A DNA stretch of 64,000 nucleotides from assembly GCA_949287835.1 (NCBI GenBank), contig CASEHV010000014.1, positions 17,576 through 81,575 of the forward strand, given 5' to 3'. Shown in pieces: positions 1-9,476 of the stretch. This DNA comes from an uncultured Helicobacter sp. (GTDB taxonomy: Bacteria > Campylobacterota > Campylobacteria > Campylobacterales > Helicobacteraceae). The notes beneath the pieces are model-generated. The model ran no database searches. It saw nothing but the letters and a program-made list of their open reading frames with translations, and had not been told where the DNA came from. The first letter of the stretch is position 1. Every line of letters begins with the position of its first letter. The translations under genes were made by a program, and so were the position numbers.

Positions 1-425
1 AGTTACAGAAATTACTGGATTCTGATGTATGGATATGGCAGTTTCCGGGCTGGTGGATGGGGGAGCCTTGGATTGTGAAAAAATATATTGATGAAGTATT
101 TTTGGGTGGTCATCCAAAACTCTATGAGAGCGATGGTAGGAGTAGTAGTGATAAAAGTAAGAAATATGGTAGCGGGGGATTATCGCAGGGCAAAAAGTAT
201 ATGTTTAGCACAACATGGAATGCACCGCTAGAGGCATTCGTGGAAAAAGGGCAGTTTTTTGAGGCTCAAGGCATTGATGGATTACTCTTTCATTTGCATA
301 AGGCACATGAGTTTTTAGGTATGCAATCTCTGCCGACTTTTATGTGTAATGATGTGCACAAAAATCCTACTTTTGATGAGTATGTAGCAAATTATAAAAA
401 GCATTTGCATAATATTTTTGGATAA
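1..425 (+). CDS. mdaB: NAD(P)H:quinone oxidoreductase MdaB (modulator of drug activity B), 5'-truncated by the window edge
   Basis: The frame is open from the window start. The translation ..DVWIWQFPGWWMGEPWIVKKYIDEVF..KKYGSGGLSQGKKYMFSTTWNAPLEAF..LPTFMCNDV.. matches my recollection of the C-terminal two-thirds of E. coli/H. pylori MdaB. Confidence 0.85.
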   Translation, partial: LQKLLDSDVWIWQFPGWWMGEPWIVKKYIDEVFLGGHPKLYESDGRSSSDKSKKYGSGGLSQGKKYMFSTTWNAPLEAFVEKGQFFEAQGIDGLLFHLHKAHEFLGMQSLPTFMCNDVHKNPTFDEYVANYKKHLHNIFG

Positions 426-436
426 ATGAGGGAAAT

Positions 437-1162
437 ATGTCTTATAGATATGACGAGGATTTAGAATTTTTGAGGGAAGTGGAGGATAGTGAGATTGACT
501 GCCTAGTGAAAATATTAATCTATGATAAAAATGGTAGTAAGAGATTTGCAGAGAATCTCAGTAAAAATCCACTATATCAGCAATACAAGGGGCAGCATAG
601 CAAATATTTGGATTTAATCTTGGAGGAATTACAAACATTTGGTGGAAATAGCTTTGCAAATATCCTTAGAGGAGGAGGGGTATATTACAAAGAGATTCTA
701 TGTGATGTGTGTGATAAGATGAAGGTAGATTTTGATAAAAGCGATAGTGCTAGTGCTATTGAGCAAGAGTTGTTGATGAAAATCATAGCAGATTCTATGG
801 ATAAGATGAGTGATAGTGAGCTTAGAGCGGTGGCAAATGAGCTAGATTTAGGTGTGTCATCATACTCAAAGCAGGTGCTTCTTTTATCAATGCAGACATT
901 GATTAGGGCAGGTGGGTTCATGTCCTATCAGATAGCATTAATCGTTGCAAATGCCATTTCACAGGCAATCATTGGGGAGGGATTAAGCCTTGCTGCAAAT
1001 GCAGCTTTGACAAGGGCTATTGGCATTTTTGCAGGCCCCATTGGATTAGCCATAACGGGCATTTGGGCAGCCATTGATATTGCAGGTCCGGCATATAGGG
1101 TTACGATACCTGCTGTGATTCAAGTAGCATATTTGCGTCAATTACATTTACACAATAAATAA
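437..1162 (+). CDS. YaaW-like protein (DUF3944 N-terminus + UPF0174 domain) with a hydrophobic glycine-rich C-terminus
   Basis: 241-aa ORF 12 nt after mdaB. The N-terminal motif YRYDEDLEFL and the ELxxFGGNSFANxxRGGGVxYKEIL block are typical of the YaaW/UPF0174 family. The C-terminal half is Ala/Gly/Ile-rich and membrane-like. Confidence 0.6.
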   Translation: MSYRYDEDLEFLREVEDSEIDCLVKILIYDKNGSKRFAENLSKNPLYQQYKGQHSKYLDLILEELQTFGGNSFANILRGGGVYYKEILCDVCDKMKVDFDKSDSASAIEQELLMKIIADSMDKMSDSELRAVANELDLGVSSYSKQVLLLSMQTLIRAGGFMSYQIALIVANAISQAIIGEGLSLAANAALTRAIGIFAGPIGLAITGIWAAIDIAGPAYRVTIPAVIQVAYLRQLHLHNK

Positions 1163-1211
1163 TTCACACTCTTTTTGTTACAATCTCTGCATTGTGATAG
1201 TAGGGGTTTAG

Positions 1212-2651
1212 ATGAGTTTTATTTATAGACGTATAAATGCAAATATGCACACGCCGCTTTTTGTTTATAAGGCACTTAAGGCAAAGTTTTTATTGGAATC
1301 TGCTTCTATGGAAAGTGGGAAGGGTAGATTCTCAATTATTCTTAGGGACTTGAATTTTGGCATATCTAAGGATGCTGATTCTTATAGATTCCATGATTTT
1401 AATGAAAATAAAGTCTATTCGCATATTCCAAAGCATTTAATCAGAGATGGTTTAGATATAGAAAAATTAGATTTTTTATCCATATCAAATATATTAAAAG
1501 ATTCTTTTGAAAAGATTCCAAAAGAGTTAGAATCTCTCCCGCTTCCATTTGGGGGGCTAGGCTATGTTAGCTATGAGTTTTTTAGTGAATGTGAAAAATT
1601 TAACTTTAGCAAAAAACCTCTTTATGATGCACCCACTGCTATGCTAGTATTTCCTAGAGAGTGCATTGTATTTGACCATTTATATGATGAAATGTATCTT
1701 GTTATAGCCACGCCGAAAGAAAGTGATATTAATGTCAAAGATTGCATGGATAGATTAGAAAATGAAGTATTGCATTTATCATCACAACATAGAGCAAATA
1801 CGCAAAAAACACTTGATAATCTAGCGCTTCAATCCTCAATAGTCTATGAGGATTCTAGGGAATATTATGAAAAACATGTAGAGATTATAAAAGAGGAAAT
1901 TTATAAAGGCACATTTTTGCAGTGCGTTCTCAGTAGAGCATTAAGCATTCAGAGCAATATGAATCCTATGTATTTTTATGAGGAATTACGGCGGAATAAT
2001 CCTAGTCCATATATGTATTACCTAGATTTTGATGATTTTAAGATTATTGGTGCAAGTCCTGAAGTCATGCTTCGTTGTGATATGGGTAGGCAAATTTTAA
2101 GACCCATTGCTGGCACTAGACGTCGTGGGAATGATGTAATGGAGGATAGGGAGCTAGAGTTAAATCTATTAGCTGATGAAAAGGAGAATGCAGAGCATTT
2201 AATGCTTGTTGATTTGGGTAGAAATGATATAGGAAAATGTTCTAAGGTGGGTAGCGTAAAATTAGAGCAGTTTAGAGTTGTGGAGAAATATTCAAAGGTT
2301 ATGCACATTGTATCTCAGGTAAGTGGTGAGATAGAATCTAATAAGACGTCGATAGATTGTTTTAAGGCATGTTTCCCAGCAGGCACAGTTAGCGGTGCGC
2401 CAAAAATTGAGGCTATAAAGAGATTAAATTCATACGAGCCTCATGGACGTGGCATATACTCTGGAGCCATTATGCTTTTTAAACAAAATGGAGATTTAAA
2501 CTCTGCTATCACCCTGCGTTCTGCAGTCTTTAAAGATGGTATTTATTATCTACAAGCAGGTGCAGGCATTGTTCTTGATTCCATACCACATAATGAATAT
2601 ATCGAGACTTGTAGCAAAATGGAAGCATTGCGTAGTATTTTGATTGATTGA
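1212..2651 (+). CDS. pabB: Chorismate-binding enzyme, probably aminodeoxychorismate synthase component I (PabB); TrpE not excluded
   Basis: 479-aa ORF with C-terminal chorismate-utilising motifs: SPYMYYL, RPIAGTRRRG, AEHLMLVDLGRNDIG, FPAGTVSGAPK, GIYSGAI. No trp genes are adjacent. Confidence 0.7.
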   Translation: MSFIYRRINANMHTPLFVYKALKAKFLLESASMESGKGRFSIILRDLNFGISKDADSYRFHDFNENKVYSHIPKHLIRDGLDIEKLDFLSISNILKDSFEKIPKELESLPLPFGGLGYVSYEFFSECEKFNFSKKPLYDAPTAMLVFPRECIVFDHLYDEMYLVIATPKESDINVKDCMDRLENEVLHLSSQHRANTQKTLDNLALQSSIVYEDSREYYEKHVEIIKEEIYKGTFLQCVLSRALSIQSNMNPMYFYEELRRNNPSPYMYYLDFDDFKIIGASPEVMLRCDMGRQILRPIAGTRRRGNDVMEDRELELNLLADEKENAEHLMLVDLGRNDIGKCSKVGSVKLEQFRVVEKYSKVMHIVSQVSGEIESNKTSIDCFKACFPAGTVSGAPKIEAIKRLNSYEPHGRGIYSGAIMLFKQNGDLNSAITLRSAVFKDGIYYLQAGAGIVLDSIPHNEYIETCSKMEALRSILID

Positions 2652-2826
2652 GGTTGTGTTTGTAATTATCTCACAAAAAGAATTTTCATTTATCCGAAAA
2701 ATCACAAAAATACAACGTAAAAAATAAAAGATTCAAACCACGCACATCATGAAAAAGAGAATATTTAGGAATCTGGTCATCAATACTGCTAGAAAAATCC
2801 TCTTTAAACTATCATATCAAACGTTC

Positions 2827-3018
2827 TTACTTCTTTTTCTTTTTTAACGTTCGCAATGTAGAGGCAGCTACTTTAATGCGTTGAGTTGTACCGTCATCTA
2901 GTTTTACCCTAATGCTTCTAAGGTTTGGGAAACTTCTTTTTTTAGTTTTATTATTAGCGTGGCTTACATTATTTCCAACCATAACGCCTTTGCCTGTCAA
3001 ATCACATCTACGTGCCAT
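2827..3018 (-). CDS. rpmB: 50S ribosomal protein L28
   Basis: 63 aa, [33 protein letters not shown].., the canonical L28 N-terminus. Confidence 0.95.
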   Translation of the reverse strand: MARRCDLTGKGVMVGNNVSHANNKTKKRSFPNLRSIRVKLDDGTTQRIKVAASTLRTLKKKKK

Positions 3019-3088
3019 AAATAAATCCTTGCTATAAAATTTCTCGTATTATACAATATAAAATCTCATTTGATGATTAAACCATTGA

Positions 3089-3598
3089 TTATGCTTTTTG
3101 CTTCTTTTTTAATTCTTTTTCAAATTTTTTACGTTTGATGAGAGATAGCTTATCTACAAACAAGATTCCATTCAAATGGTCTATCTCATGCTGCAATGCA
3201 ACAGAGGTAAAGTCATTAAACCATTCCTTATGAAAATTACCGAATCTATCTTGATACTCTAATAAAATATTATCATGTCTTATTACATCTTCATAAAATC
3301 CGGGGACAGATAGGCAACCCTCACTCCATGTAATCTCACCTCTACTTTCAAGGATATTTGGATTAATAATTTCAAGTAAATCCTCTTTGTATTGATTATC
3401 ATCTTCACGAGGGATATTTACAATCAATGCTCTAATAGGATTTGCAACCTGTATGGCAGCTAGACCAACACCTTTTTTTGCCATCATCGTATCATACATG
3501 TTATCCAAAAAGACATGTAGCTCCTCATTAAAGCACTCAACCTTGCTAGATATTTTCCTTAATATTTTGTTTGGATATGCTACTACCTCTAAAATCAT
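3089..3598 (-). CDS. def: Peptide deformylase
   Basis: 169 aa with all three deformylase motifs: GVGLAAIQV, EGCLSVPG, HEIDHLNG. Confidence 0.95.
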   Translation of the reverse strand: MILEVVAYPNKILRKISSKVECFNEELHVFLDNMYDTMMAKKGVGLAAIQVANPIRALIVNIPREDDNQYKEDLLEIINPNILESRGEITWSEGCLSVPGFYEDVIRHDNILLEYQDRFGNFHKEWFNDFTSVALQHEIDHLNGILFVDKLSLIKRKKFEKELKKKQKA

Positions 3599-3613
3599 GA
3601 CAAACTCCTAACA

Positions 3614-4327
3614 CTACTCTACATTCTTTGGAATATTTGTCCTTGCAAGCTTTGCTCTACTAACACCCTTGGGATAACAGAATCTATAACCCCTCCGCCT
3701 AACTGTCTCTATGGTATGTATGTTTAGCACTTTATCCATTTTCTGCCTAATCTGATTAATGGCCACCTCTATCACATTTGGCGTAACAAGCTCTGGCTCG
3801 TCCCATATAGCATTTAGCAATTGCTCCTTTGATACGATTTGGTCTTTTCGTCTAGCTAAATGTGCTAATACCTCGAAAGGCTTACCCTTTACATCAATAT
3901 CCTTTCCCCTAAAGGTAATTCTCTCCTCGTCTGGAATAATGATTAAATCCTCTATCTCCACGATATTGGAATCCCACATTTTTAGTCTAGCACGTATTCT
4001 AGCTAGTAATACATCTGGATTAATGGGGTGTGCTAGATAATCATCAGCCCCTGCATAGAAAGATTCTATTTCGTGTTCTGGATTATTGTCGCCTAGTGTT
4101 ATGATTGGAACTTTTGGATACCTATTCCTCACTATGTTTATAACATCTTTTATATTACCGTCAGATAAAAGTAGTCCCCCCAATATCAAATCATAACTTC
4201 TCACATTAATATGATAATCACCATCTTTAATGCACAAAGCGATATCCACTTGATAACCATTAACAGATAGAGATTTAACTAAGTGTTCCAATGTATCTTT
4301 ACTGCCATCGATCACCAAAATACGCAT
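3614..4327 (-). CDS. hsrA: Atypical orphan OmpR-family response regulator, HsrA (HP1043) homologue
   Basis: The C-terminal winged helix (..VKGKPFEVLAHLARRKDQIVSKEQLLNAIWDEPELVTPNVIEVAINQIRQKMDK..TIETVRRRGYRFCYPK) is near-identical to my recollection of H. pylori HP1043. The receiver domain lacks the phospho-acceptor Asp (YDLILGGLLLSD). I chose the start at MRILVIDGS (ATG 4327) because of the GGAG SD; the ORF track starts 12 nt upstream. Confidence 0.85.
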   Translation of the reverse strand: MRILVIDGSKDTLEHLVKSLSVNGYQVDIALCIKDGDYHINVRSYDLILGGLLLSDGNIKDVINIVRNRYPKVPIITLGDNNPEHEIESFYAGADDYLAHPINPDVLLARIRARLKMWDSNIVEIEDLIIIPDEERITFRGKDIDVKGKPFEVLAHLARRKDQIVSKEQLLNAIWDEPELVTPNVIEVAINQIRQKMDKVLNIHTIETVRRRGYRFCYPKGVSRAKLARTNIPKNVE

Positions 4328-4558
4328 CAAACACTCCAAAGTAACAAATAATGAAATTATAACACTAATTCATATCAAATGGTTATCAAACAAAACTGCA
4401 ACCTCATCAAACCACGATAGAATCAAGACAGGTATTAAGAGAGGAATAGCAACGTGTATCATGGCACCAAAAACACATAATTACTAAAAAAAATTCCAAA
4501 AATTAAGACAAGAATTAAGAAAACATTATCTTTAAAGAAAGCAAGATATACAATAAAA

Positions 4559-4578
4559 GCTAGATTCTATAATCTAGC
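4559..4578 (-). terminator. Hairpin GCTAGATT-CTAT-AATCTAGC followed by TTTTATT on the minus strand; likely intrinsic terminator of the 4599..4934 gene
   Basis: 8-bp perfect stem 21 nt downstream of the stop at 4599, followed by a T-rich tract on the transcribed strand. The stem is built from the over-represented AGATTCTA motif. Confidence 0.6.
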
Positions 4579-4598
4579 CCTCTTATATTAGCTAAAAG

Positions 4599-4934
4599 CT
4601 ATTTTCTCCAATAGTTGTTAGCCTTTGCGATAGTTGCAAACTCAATTGCAACTGCCTGCTCAGCCTGTATTAAATCAGATGGATTTGTAGAGTATTTTCC
4701 TCTACCATCTTTAAGTTTATTAAGACATGGCTGAATATTGTGAATTGTATGCTGTGCTAGTGTAATCGCTAGTTTTCTACCTTCCTCTGGTGTGGCAGTA
4801 ATTAGCGAATTGCCCGGTACTAGAACCAATGCCTCTTTTGGCAGTGGCTCACATTTACCCTTAACTATCGAATCCGCAAAACTAAAAGAACTAATAGCCA
4901 AAGCGGCTAGGATTGAAGCTGTAATCTTTTTCAT
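4599..4934 (-). CDS. Small secreted hypothetical protein (signal peptide MKKITASILAALAISSFSFA)
   Basis: 111-aa ORF with an N-terminal Sec signal and a terminator downstream. I recognise no family. Confidence 0.6.
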   Translation of the reverse strand: MKKITASILAALAISSFSFADSIVKGKCEPLPKEALVLVPGNSLITATPEEGRKLAITLAQHTIHNIQPCLNKLKDGRGKYSTNPSDLIQAEQAVAIEFATIAKANNYWRK

Positions 4935-5038
4935 TGAATCTTCCTTACAAAAAATGTTGAGTTTGAATACTATCGCAAAATAATTAATAAGTAATTTTTA
5001 TTTCATAATAACTATATTTTTTACATACGATTATCTTT

Positions 5039-5055
5039 TGGTATATATTTTGCAT
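5039..5055 (+). promoter_or_regulatory. sigma54 (RpoN) promoter TGGTATATATTTTGCAT upstream of the flgE2-like gene
   Basis: GG (5040-5041) and GC (5052-5053) are separated by exactly 10 nt with a TTGCA -12 box. The element lies 55 nt upstream of ATG 5110. Confidence 0.7.
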
Positions 5056-5109
5056 ATTCACAAGACAATAAGCATTAGGCTTTTTATATATGCAGGAGGC
5101 ATAATACTC

Positions 5110-6909
5110 ATGAATGATACGATGTTAAATGCGGTTAGCGGTATAAAGACTCATCAATTTGGATTAGATAGCATCTCAAATAACATCGCAAACGTAAATA
5201 CAAATGGCTACAAGGCAAATAGCCCGGAGTTTAAAACTCTTTTTTCAAGAAGCATGGATACCATGAATAGCTCTACTGTTACAAACAATGATTTTAGCTA
5301 TGGTGTAACAGGTGGGAGTAATAATATTATTACAAAAATGGGAAATTTGAGAAAATCCGATAATCCAACTAGCGTTGCATACACAGGAAAAGGTTGGTTT
5401 GTCGTGGGGAAAAATAAGGAAGGGCAGTTTGAGATAGATGATGATGATTTTAAGGTAAGTGATGAGAATTTTTTTACAAAAAGCGGGGATTTCACGATAG
5501 ATTCCGATGGATACTTGGTAAATTCAGAGGGATATTATTTATATGGTGTGAATCTAGGAAAAATTAATGGCAATAATTTCAAAGCTTCACAAGACCCAGA
5601 AAAGGATTATAAGGAATTAGCAAAGGGCGTTATGAAGCCAATTTCTATTCCACCACAGATTAGCTATCAGCCTGTTGAAACCACCAAAGTGGATTTAAGT
5701 GTGAATCTAAATAGGAAAGGTGCACTTAGCAATGTCGTAAAGGCATATTCTAACAATGGTGTTTTTAATGAAATAGGTTTTTTCAATCATGATTTCAATG
5801 CCCTAGCAAATGCCAATGACCAAATGCTAAATCCAGATAATTATCCAAAGGTAGATATAGAAGTAACCATGCCAGATGGCACATTGCTTGTTGCAAAATA
5901 TGAGTATGGCGATGGGACATCTTCGCAGGGTAGATTCCATACCATAGGGCAGTTGCAGTATTTAATAAAGAGAGATACGGGACTTGATTTGGAGTTAAAT
6001 AGGGGACCAAATGGCGTAATTGACCCAAGGGGTATGCTAGTTTTGAAAAATAATACAAATACTCCTGTTGATGTAAAGCTAAGTGGCAATTTGCTTGAGA
6101 GATTGAATCTTGTAGGAGAGCAGAGTTTAAAACCAAAAGATTACATCGCAGGCACTAGCCTTTATGTGCCTAGCTTTTCTAATACAACAGAGATTTATGA
6201 TGAGAGTGGTAAGAAATATGCACTTCATAATGAATACTATCTTGTCAATTCCGGTGATTCTCAAGGCACACAACAAACTCCAGAAACATGGAATGTAAGG
6301 ACATATATCCATGAGTTTTCAGGAGATAAAATGATAGTTAGCAGCACTGTAAAAGAGGGAAAGATTGTATTTGACCAAAGTGGCAAGGCTAGCTCTGATG
6401 ATATAGAGGTGCCTTTTTTGGGACAAAAAGAAGTCAAACTAAGCCTAGCTAGAAGCACAAATCATGTTTATTCAGATTCTGGCGTAAATGATACAAATCA
6501 AGACGGAAAAAATCGTGGCGAAATGTCAAATATTAGAATCAACGACAACGGTGTCATATCAATAGCCTTTAGTAACGGACAAACAGAGGCAATAGGCAGA
6601 GTGGGCTTAGCTATGTTTGCCAATGACCAAGGATTAAGGAAAGTAGGGGGTAATTTATTTGCTCTAAATCCTACAACGGTAAATGGCGAAACAACGCAGC
6701 TAAGTGGTAAGCCAAAGCTTGTATGGGGAGATGATTCCAATCTCAAGCAAGGTAAGATTCTGCAAGGTTATGTAGAAACTAGCAATGTAGATGTAGGCGA
6801 GGCATTGACAAATCTAATATTAATGCAGAGAGGATATTCTATGAATGCCAAAGCCTTTACAACCTCTGATGATTTAATCAAAGAGGCTATAAATTTAAAG
6901 CGAAGTTAA
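5110..6909 (+). CDS. flgE2: Flagellar hook protein paralogue (FlgE2 / HP0908-like)
   Basis: N-terminal rod/hook motif MNDTMLNAVSGIKTHQFGLDSISNNIANVNTNGYK and C-terminal LQGYVETSNVDVGEALTNLILMQRGYSMNAKAFTTSDDLIKEAINLKR. AGGAGG SD at 5092-5097. The ORF-track start (5038, TTG) would overlap the sigma54 promoter. Confidence 0.8.
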   Translation: MNDTMLNAVSGIKTHQFGLDSISNNIANVNTNGYKANSPEFKTLFSRSMDTMNSSTVTNNDFSYGVTGGSNNIITKMGNLRKSDNPTSVAYTGKGWFVVGKNKEGQFEIDDDDFKVSDENFFTKSGDFTIDSDGYLVNSEGYYLYGVNLGKINGNNFKASQDPEKDYKELAKGVMKPISIPPQISYQPVETTKVDLSVNLNRKGALSNVVKAYSNNGVFNEIGFFNHDFNALANANDQMLNPDNYPKVDIEVTMPDGTLLVAKYEYGDGTSSQGRFHTIGQLQYLIKRDTGLDLELNRGPNGVIDPRGMLVLKNNTNTPVDVKLSGNLLERLNLVGEQSLKPKDYIAGTSLYVPSFSNTTEIYDESGKKYALHNEYYLVNSGDSQGTQQTPETWNVRTYIHEFSGDKMIVSSTVKEGKIVFDQSGKASSDDIEVPFLGQKEVKLSLARSTNHVYSDSGVNDTNQDGKNRGEMSNIRINDNGVISIAFSNGQTEAIGRVGLAMFANDQGLRKVGGNLFALNPTTVNGETTQLSGKPKLVWGDDSNLKQGKILQGYVETSNVDVGEALTNLILMQRGYSMNAKAFTTSDDLIKEAINLKRS

Positions 6910-6921
6910 TATAAACCCATA

Positions 6922-7365
6922 ATGATAAAACCTGAATATATGGTTATTCTTGCACAAACTGATACTACTATCGGATTCTTATCTAAAAATCCTGTGATTA
7001 TTAATCAAAAAAAAGGCGCCAAAGAATCTAAGCCATTGTTGCTAGAAGTGCCGAATCTAAGCTATATCCCATATCGCGTTCCTGTGAAATTTAGAAGTAT
7101 GATAAGGAGAGCTAAAAAAACCTCTTTTATCCTAAAAAATCAAGCTAGTTTTCGCATTGTTTCAGATTCCTATTGGCATCATACGTTTTTGCAATATTTT
7201 GGCAATGCCTACTCATCATCTGCAAATCCAACCAAAAAAGATTTTGATTTAGATTTTGCCCTAGATAAATGTGATGCAGTAATCCTAGATAAAAGGGGAT
7301 TATTTCCATCGCAAAGTAGCAGGATTATAAAAATCGGTGCAAATCGTCTAATAAAAATACGATAG
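6922..7365 (+). CDS. Sua5/YciO/YrdC (TsaC-like) family protein
   Basis: 147 aa with the QTDTTIGF and SSSANP motifs characteristic of the YrdC fold. It is shorter than canonical TsaC. Confidence 0.6.
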   Translation: MIKPEYMVILAQTDTTIGFLSKNPVIINQKKGAKESKPLLLEVPNLSYIPYRVPVKFRSMIRRAKKTSFILKNQASFRIVSDSYWHHTFLQYFGNAYSSSANPTKKDFDLDFALDKCDAVILDKRGLFPSQSSRIIKIGANRLIKIR

Positions 7366-7367
7366 CT

Positions 7368-8669
7368 CTATTTCCCCACATACACCTGCATAGGTCGCGT
7401 AATCTTTGTGTTAGGGTCTTTTACATGCTCGATGAGATTTGCACACCAGCCCGGCATTCTGCCTAGCACGAATATAGGTGTGAAAAGATTTGTTGGAATC
7501 TTTAGTGCGGTTAGAATTATTCCACTATAAAAATCCACATTTGGATATAGCTTTCTCTGGATAAAATACTCATCATTTAATGCAACTTCCTCGACTTTTT
7601 CGGCAATCTCGCTTAGCCTCATGTCCATTTTGATTCCACGTCCATTTAGGTCATCTTTTAGTTTTTTAAGCGTCTTTGCCCTCGGGTCATAATTCTTATA
7701 CACCCTATGTCCAAAGCCCATTAGCCTAAATGGGTCATTTTTATCCTTCACTCTAGCGATATATTTATCCACATTTTTCACATCGCCAATCTCATTTAAC
7801 TGCTTTAATACCGCCTCATTTGCCCCGCCGTGTGCAGGACCCCATAGTGCTGAGATTCCCGCTGAGATTGCCGCATACGGATGCACACCTGTGGAGGCTA
7901 CATTCCTTACAGTCGTAGTTGAGGCATTCTGCCCATGCTCTGCATGAAGTGTTAGAATCTTATCTAGTGCCTCAATCTCAACGGGGTGAATATCCTCTTG
8001 CACTTCCTTTCCATTATCTAGTCTGTATTTTAGTTTGCCATGAGGATAGCCTCGTAGCATGTAGAGGAAATTTTCCACATAGCTTTTTGACACATCTGGC
8101 TCGATGAATGGCGCACCAACACTATGTCGATAGCAGAATGCTACCATAGTGGAGGTCTTTGCGATAATGCGCCTTGCCATCATCTGATAGTCGTCCTCAT
8201 CGTCCATATCCTTGTGGTCGTAATATAATGTAGCCAAAACGCTAACAAGTGCCGATAATGTCGCCATAGGGTGTGCCTTATCTGGAAAGGCATGAAAGAC
8301 GCTTTTTAGTCGCTCGTGTAGGAATCCTCTATGTCTTAGCTCCATGTCAAACTCAAGAGATTCTAAGGGATTCTTTGGCAGTCCTTCCTCTGTAATCAGC
8401 AGCCTACACACATCTGTAAAACTATACTGCGCTACTAAATCTTGAACAGGAATGCCACGATATAGTAACTCTCCATCGGCACCATTCACATAGCTAATCG
8501 TAGATTTACACCCCGCAGTGCTACCATATCCTGGGTCATAAGAAAATAGCTTTGCCTTGTCATATAGCTTACTAAAATCTATCGCTCTAGCCCCTCTAGT
8601 GCATTCTATCAAGTCAAAATCAAACTTGTCTCCATTCTCGTTATTAATCAAAGTAACGGTCTTGCTCAT
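7368..8669 (-). CDS. gltA: Citrate synthase
   Basis: Motifs [44 protein letters not shown]. Start taken at [11 protein letters not shown] (ATG 8669, GGAGAC SD); the ORF track extends 45 nt further. Confidence 0.95.
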   Translation of the reverse strand: MSKTVTLINNENGDKFDFDLIECTRGARAIDFSKLYDKAKLFSYDPGYGSTAGCKSTISYVNGADGELLYRGIPVQDLVAQYSFTDVCRLLITEEGLPKNPLESLEFDMELRHRGFLHERLKSVFHAFPDKAHPMATLSALVSVLATLYYDHKDMDDEDDYQMMARRIIAKTSTMVAFCYRHSVGAPFIEPDVSKSYVENFLYMLRGYPHGKLKYRLDNGKEVQEDIHPVEIEALDKILTLHAEHGQNASTTTVRNVASTGVHPYAAISAGISALWGPAHGGANEAVLKQLNEIGDVKNVDKYIARVKDKNDPFRLMGFGHRVYKNYDPRAKTLKKLKDDLNGRGIKMDMRLSEIAEKVEEVALNDEYFIQRKLYPNVDFYSGIILTALKIPTNLFTPIFVLGRMPGWCANLIEHVKDPNTKITRPMQVYVGK

Positions 8670-8761
8670 AGTAAGTCTCCTAAAAAATAATATAGCAATG
8701 TTTCTTAACCGCAAGGACCACTGCTAATTGTATTGTATCGTTTTTTTATTTTGGCTATGTG

Positions 8762-9334
8762 CTAAAACTTCATATAAGCATTGATTCCATAAAAATCATG
8801 CCCATAATTATCATAGCTGACATTTGGCGTTATTAGAATCTTTGGTTTTGGATTATATTTTGTGGTAAATAAATATGCAAACCCCCATGCGATAGCACCG
8901 CCTGCGATAGCCTGCAATAATGTATGCTTTCTAGCATCAATCCTTGATGCAGCAGTAACGATTCCTATGCCAATTAGAGGCAGACTAGCTTTCCAACCAT
9001 ATCTATAATAGACATAACCTGCCGCACTAAATGCCCCTCCTGAGTGTCCGCTAGGAAATCCTTTATAATCCTCGCAACAAGGTCTTTTTGCAAATGCAAA
9101 ATCATTTCCTAACAAATGGCTATATTCAAAGCTTCGCTTAATTCCCTCTATGGTAAGCTGTGTGGCAACGCTCCCTGCGGCAAGCTGCCATGCCCCCTCA
9201 TAATCCTCCATGCCAAGAGATATGATAAGCATACCAACTGGTGCTAGGGTCAAAATATCGCCTAGCCTTTCAAATTCACTTTTGGCAATGGAAATATTAA
9301 ATAACAACACAAAAAGAATAATTAAACGTCTCAT
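8762..9334 (-). CDS. PAP2-family (acid phosphatase / lipid phosphate phosphatase) membrane protein
   Basis: 190 aa with a signal/TM N-terminus and PAP2 motifs KRSFEY..AKRP, FPSGHSG, SRIDARKHTLLQ. A lipid A 1-phosphatase (LpxE-like) role is possible but cannot be established from sequence. Confidence 0.7.
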   Translation of the reverse strand: MRRLIILFVLLFNISIAKSEFERLGDILTLAPVGMLIISLGMEDYEGAWQLAAGSVATQLTIEGIKRSFEYSHLLGNDFAFAKRPCCEDYKGFPSGHSGGAFSAAGYVYYRYGWKASLPLIGIGIVTAASRIDARKHTLLQAIAGGAIAWGFAYLFTTKYNPKPKILITPNVSYDNYGHDFYGINAYMKF

Positions 9335-9476
9335 AAATACCGTAATCCTTGAAGCAATGCACTCTCATGGATTATTATACGCAAAAATTTGCAAAGTTAT
9401 ATTTCTCATATACATAGATATTTTGATAAAATTAGCAGAATTTCTAGGTATAAAGAGGAATATTATGAGATTTAAT

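Noticed and set aside
1212-2651. Calling this gene trpE and inferring a tryptophan operon
   Set aside because: No trpG, trpD, trpC, trpB or trpA is nearby. The chorismate-binding fold alone cannot separate TrpE, PabB and MenF, so I kept it as probable PabB at moderate confidence.
2652-2826. Possible small RNA or 30-codon ORF (MKKRIFRNLVINTARKILFKLSYQTF..) in the pabB-rpmB convergent spacer
   Set aside because: There is no promoter or terminator signature and no structure. The mini-ORF runs antisense into rpmB.
9210-9476. N-terminal extension of the aminotransferase ORF, and likewise 5038-5109 for flgE2, 41628-41699 for rpsT, 51519-51683 for the DUF374 gene and 13270-13338 for folE
   Set aside because: These extensions overlap neighbouring genes or promoters and lack homology-like sequence. 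Internal ATGs with SD sequences give canonical N-termini.
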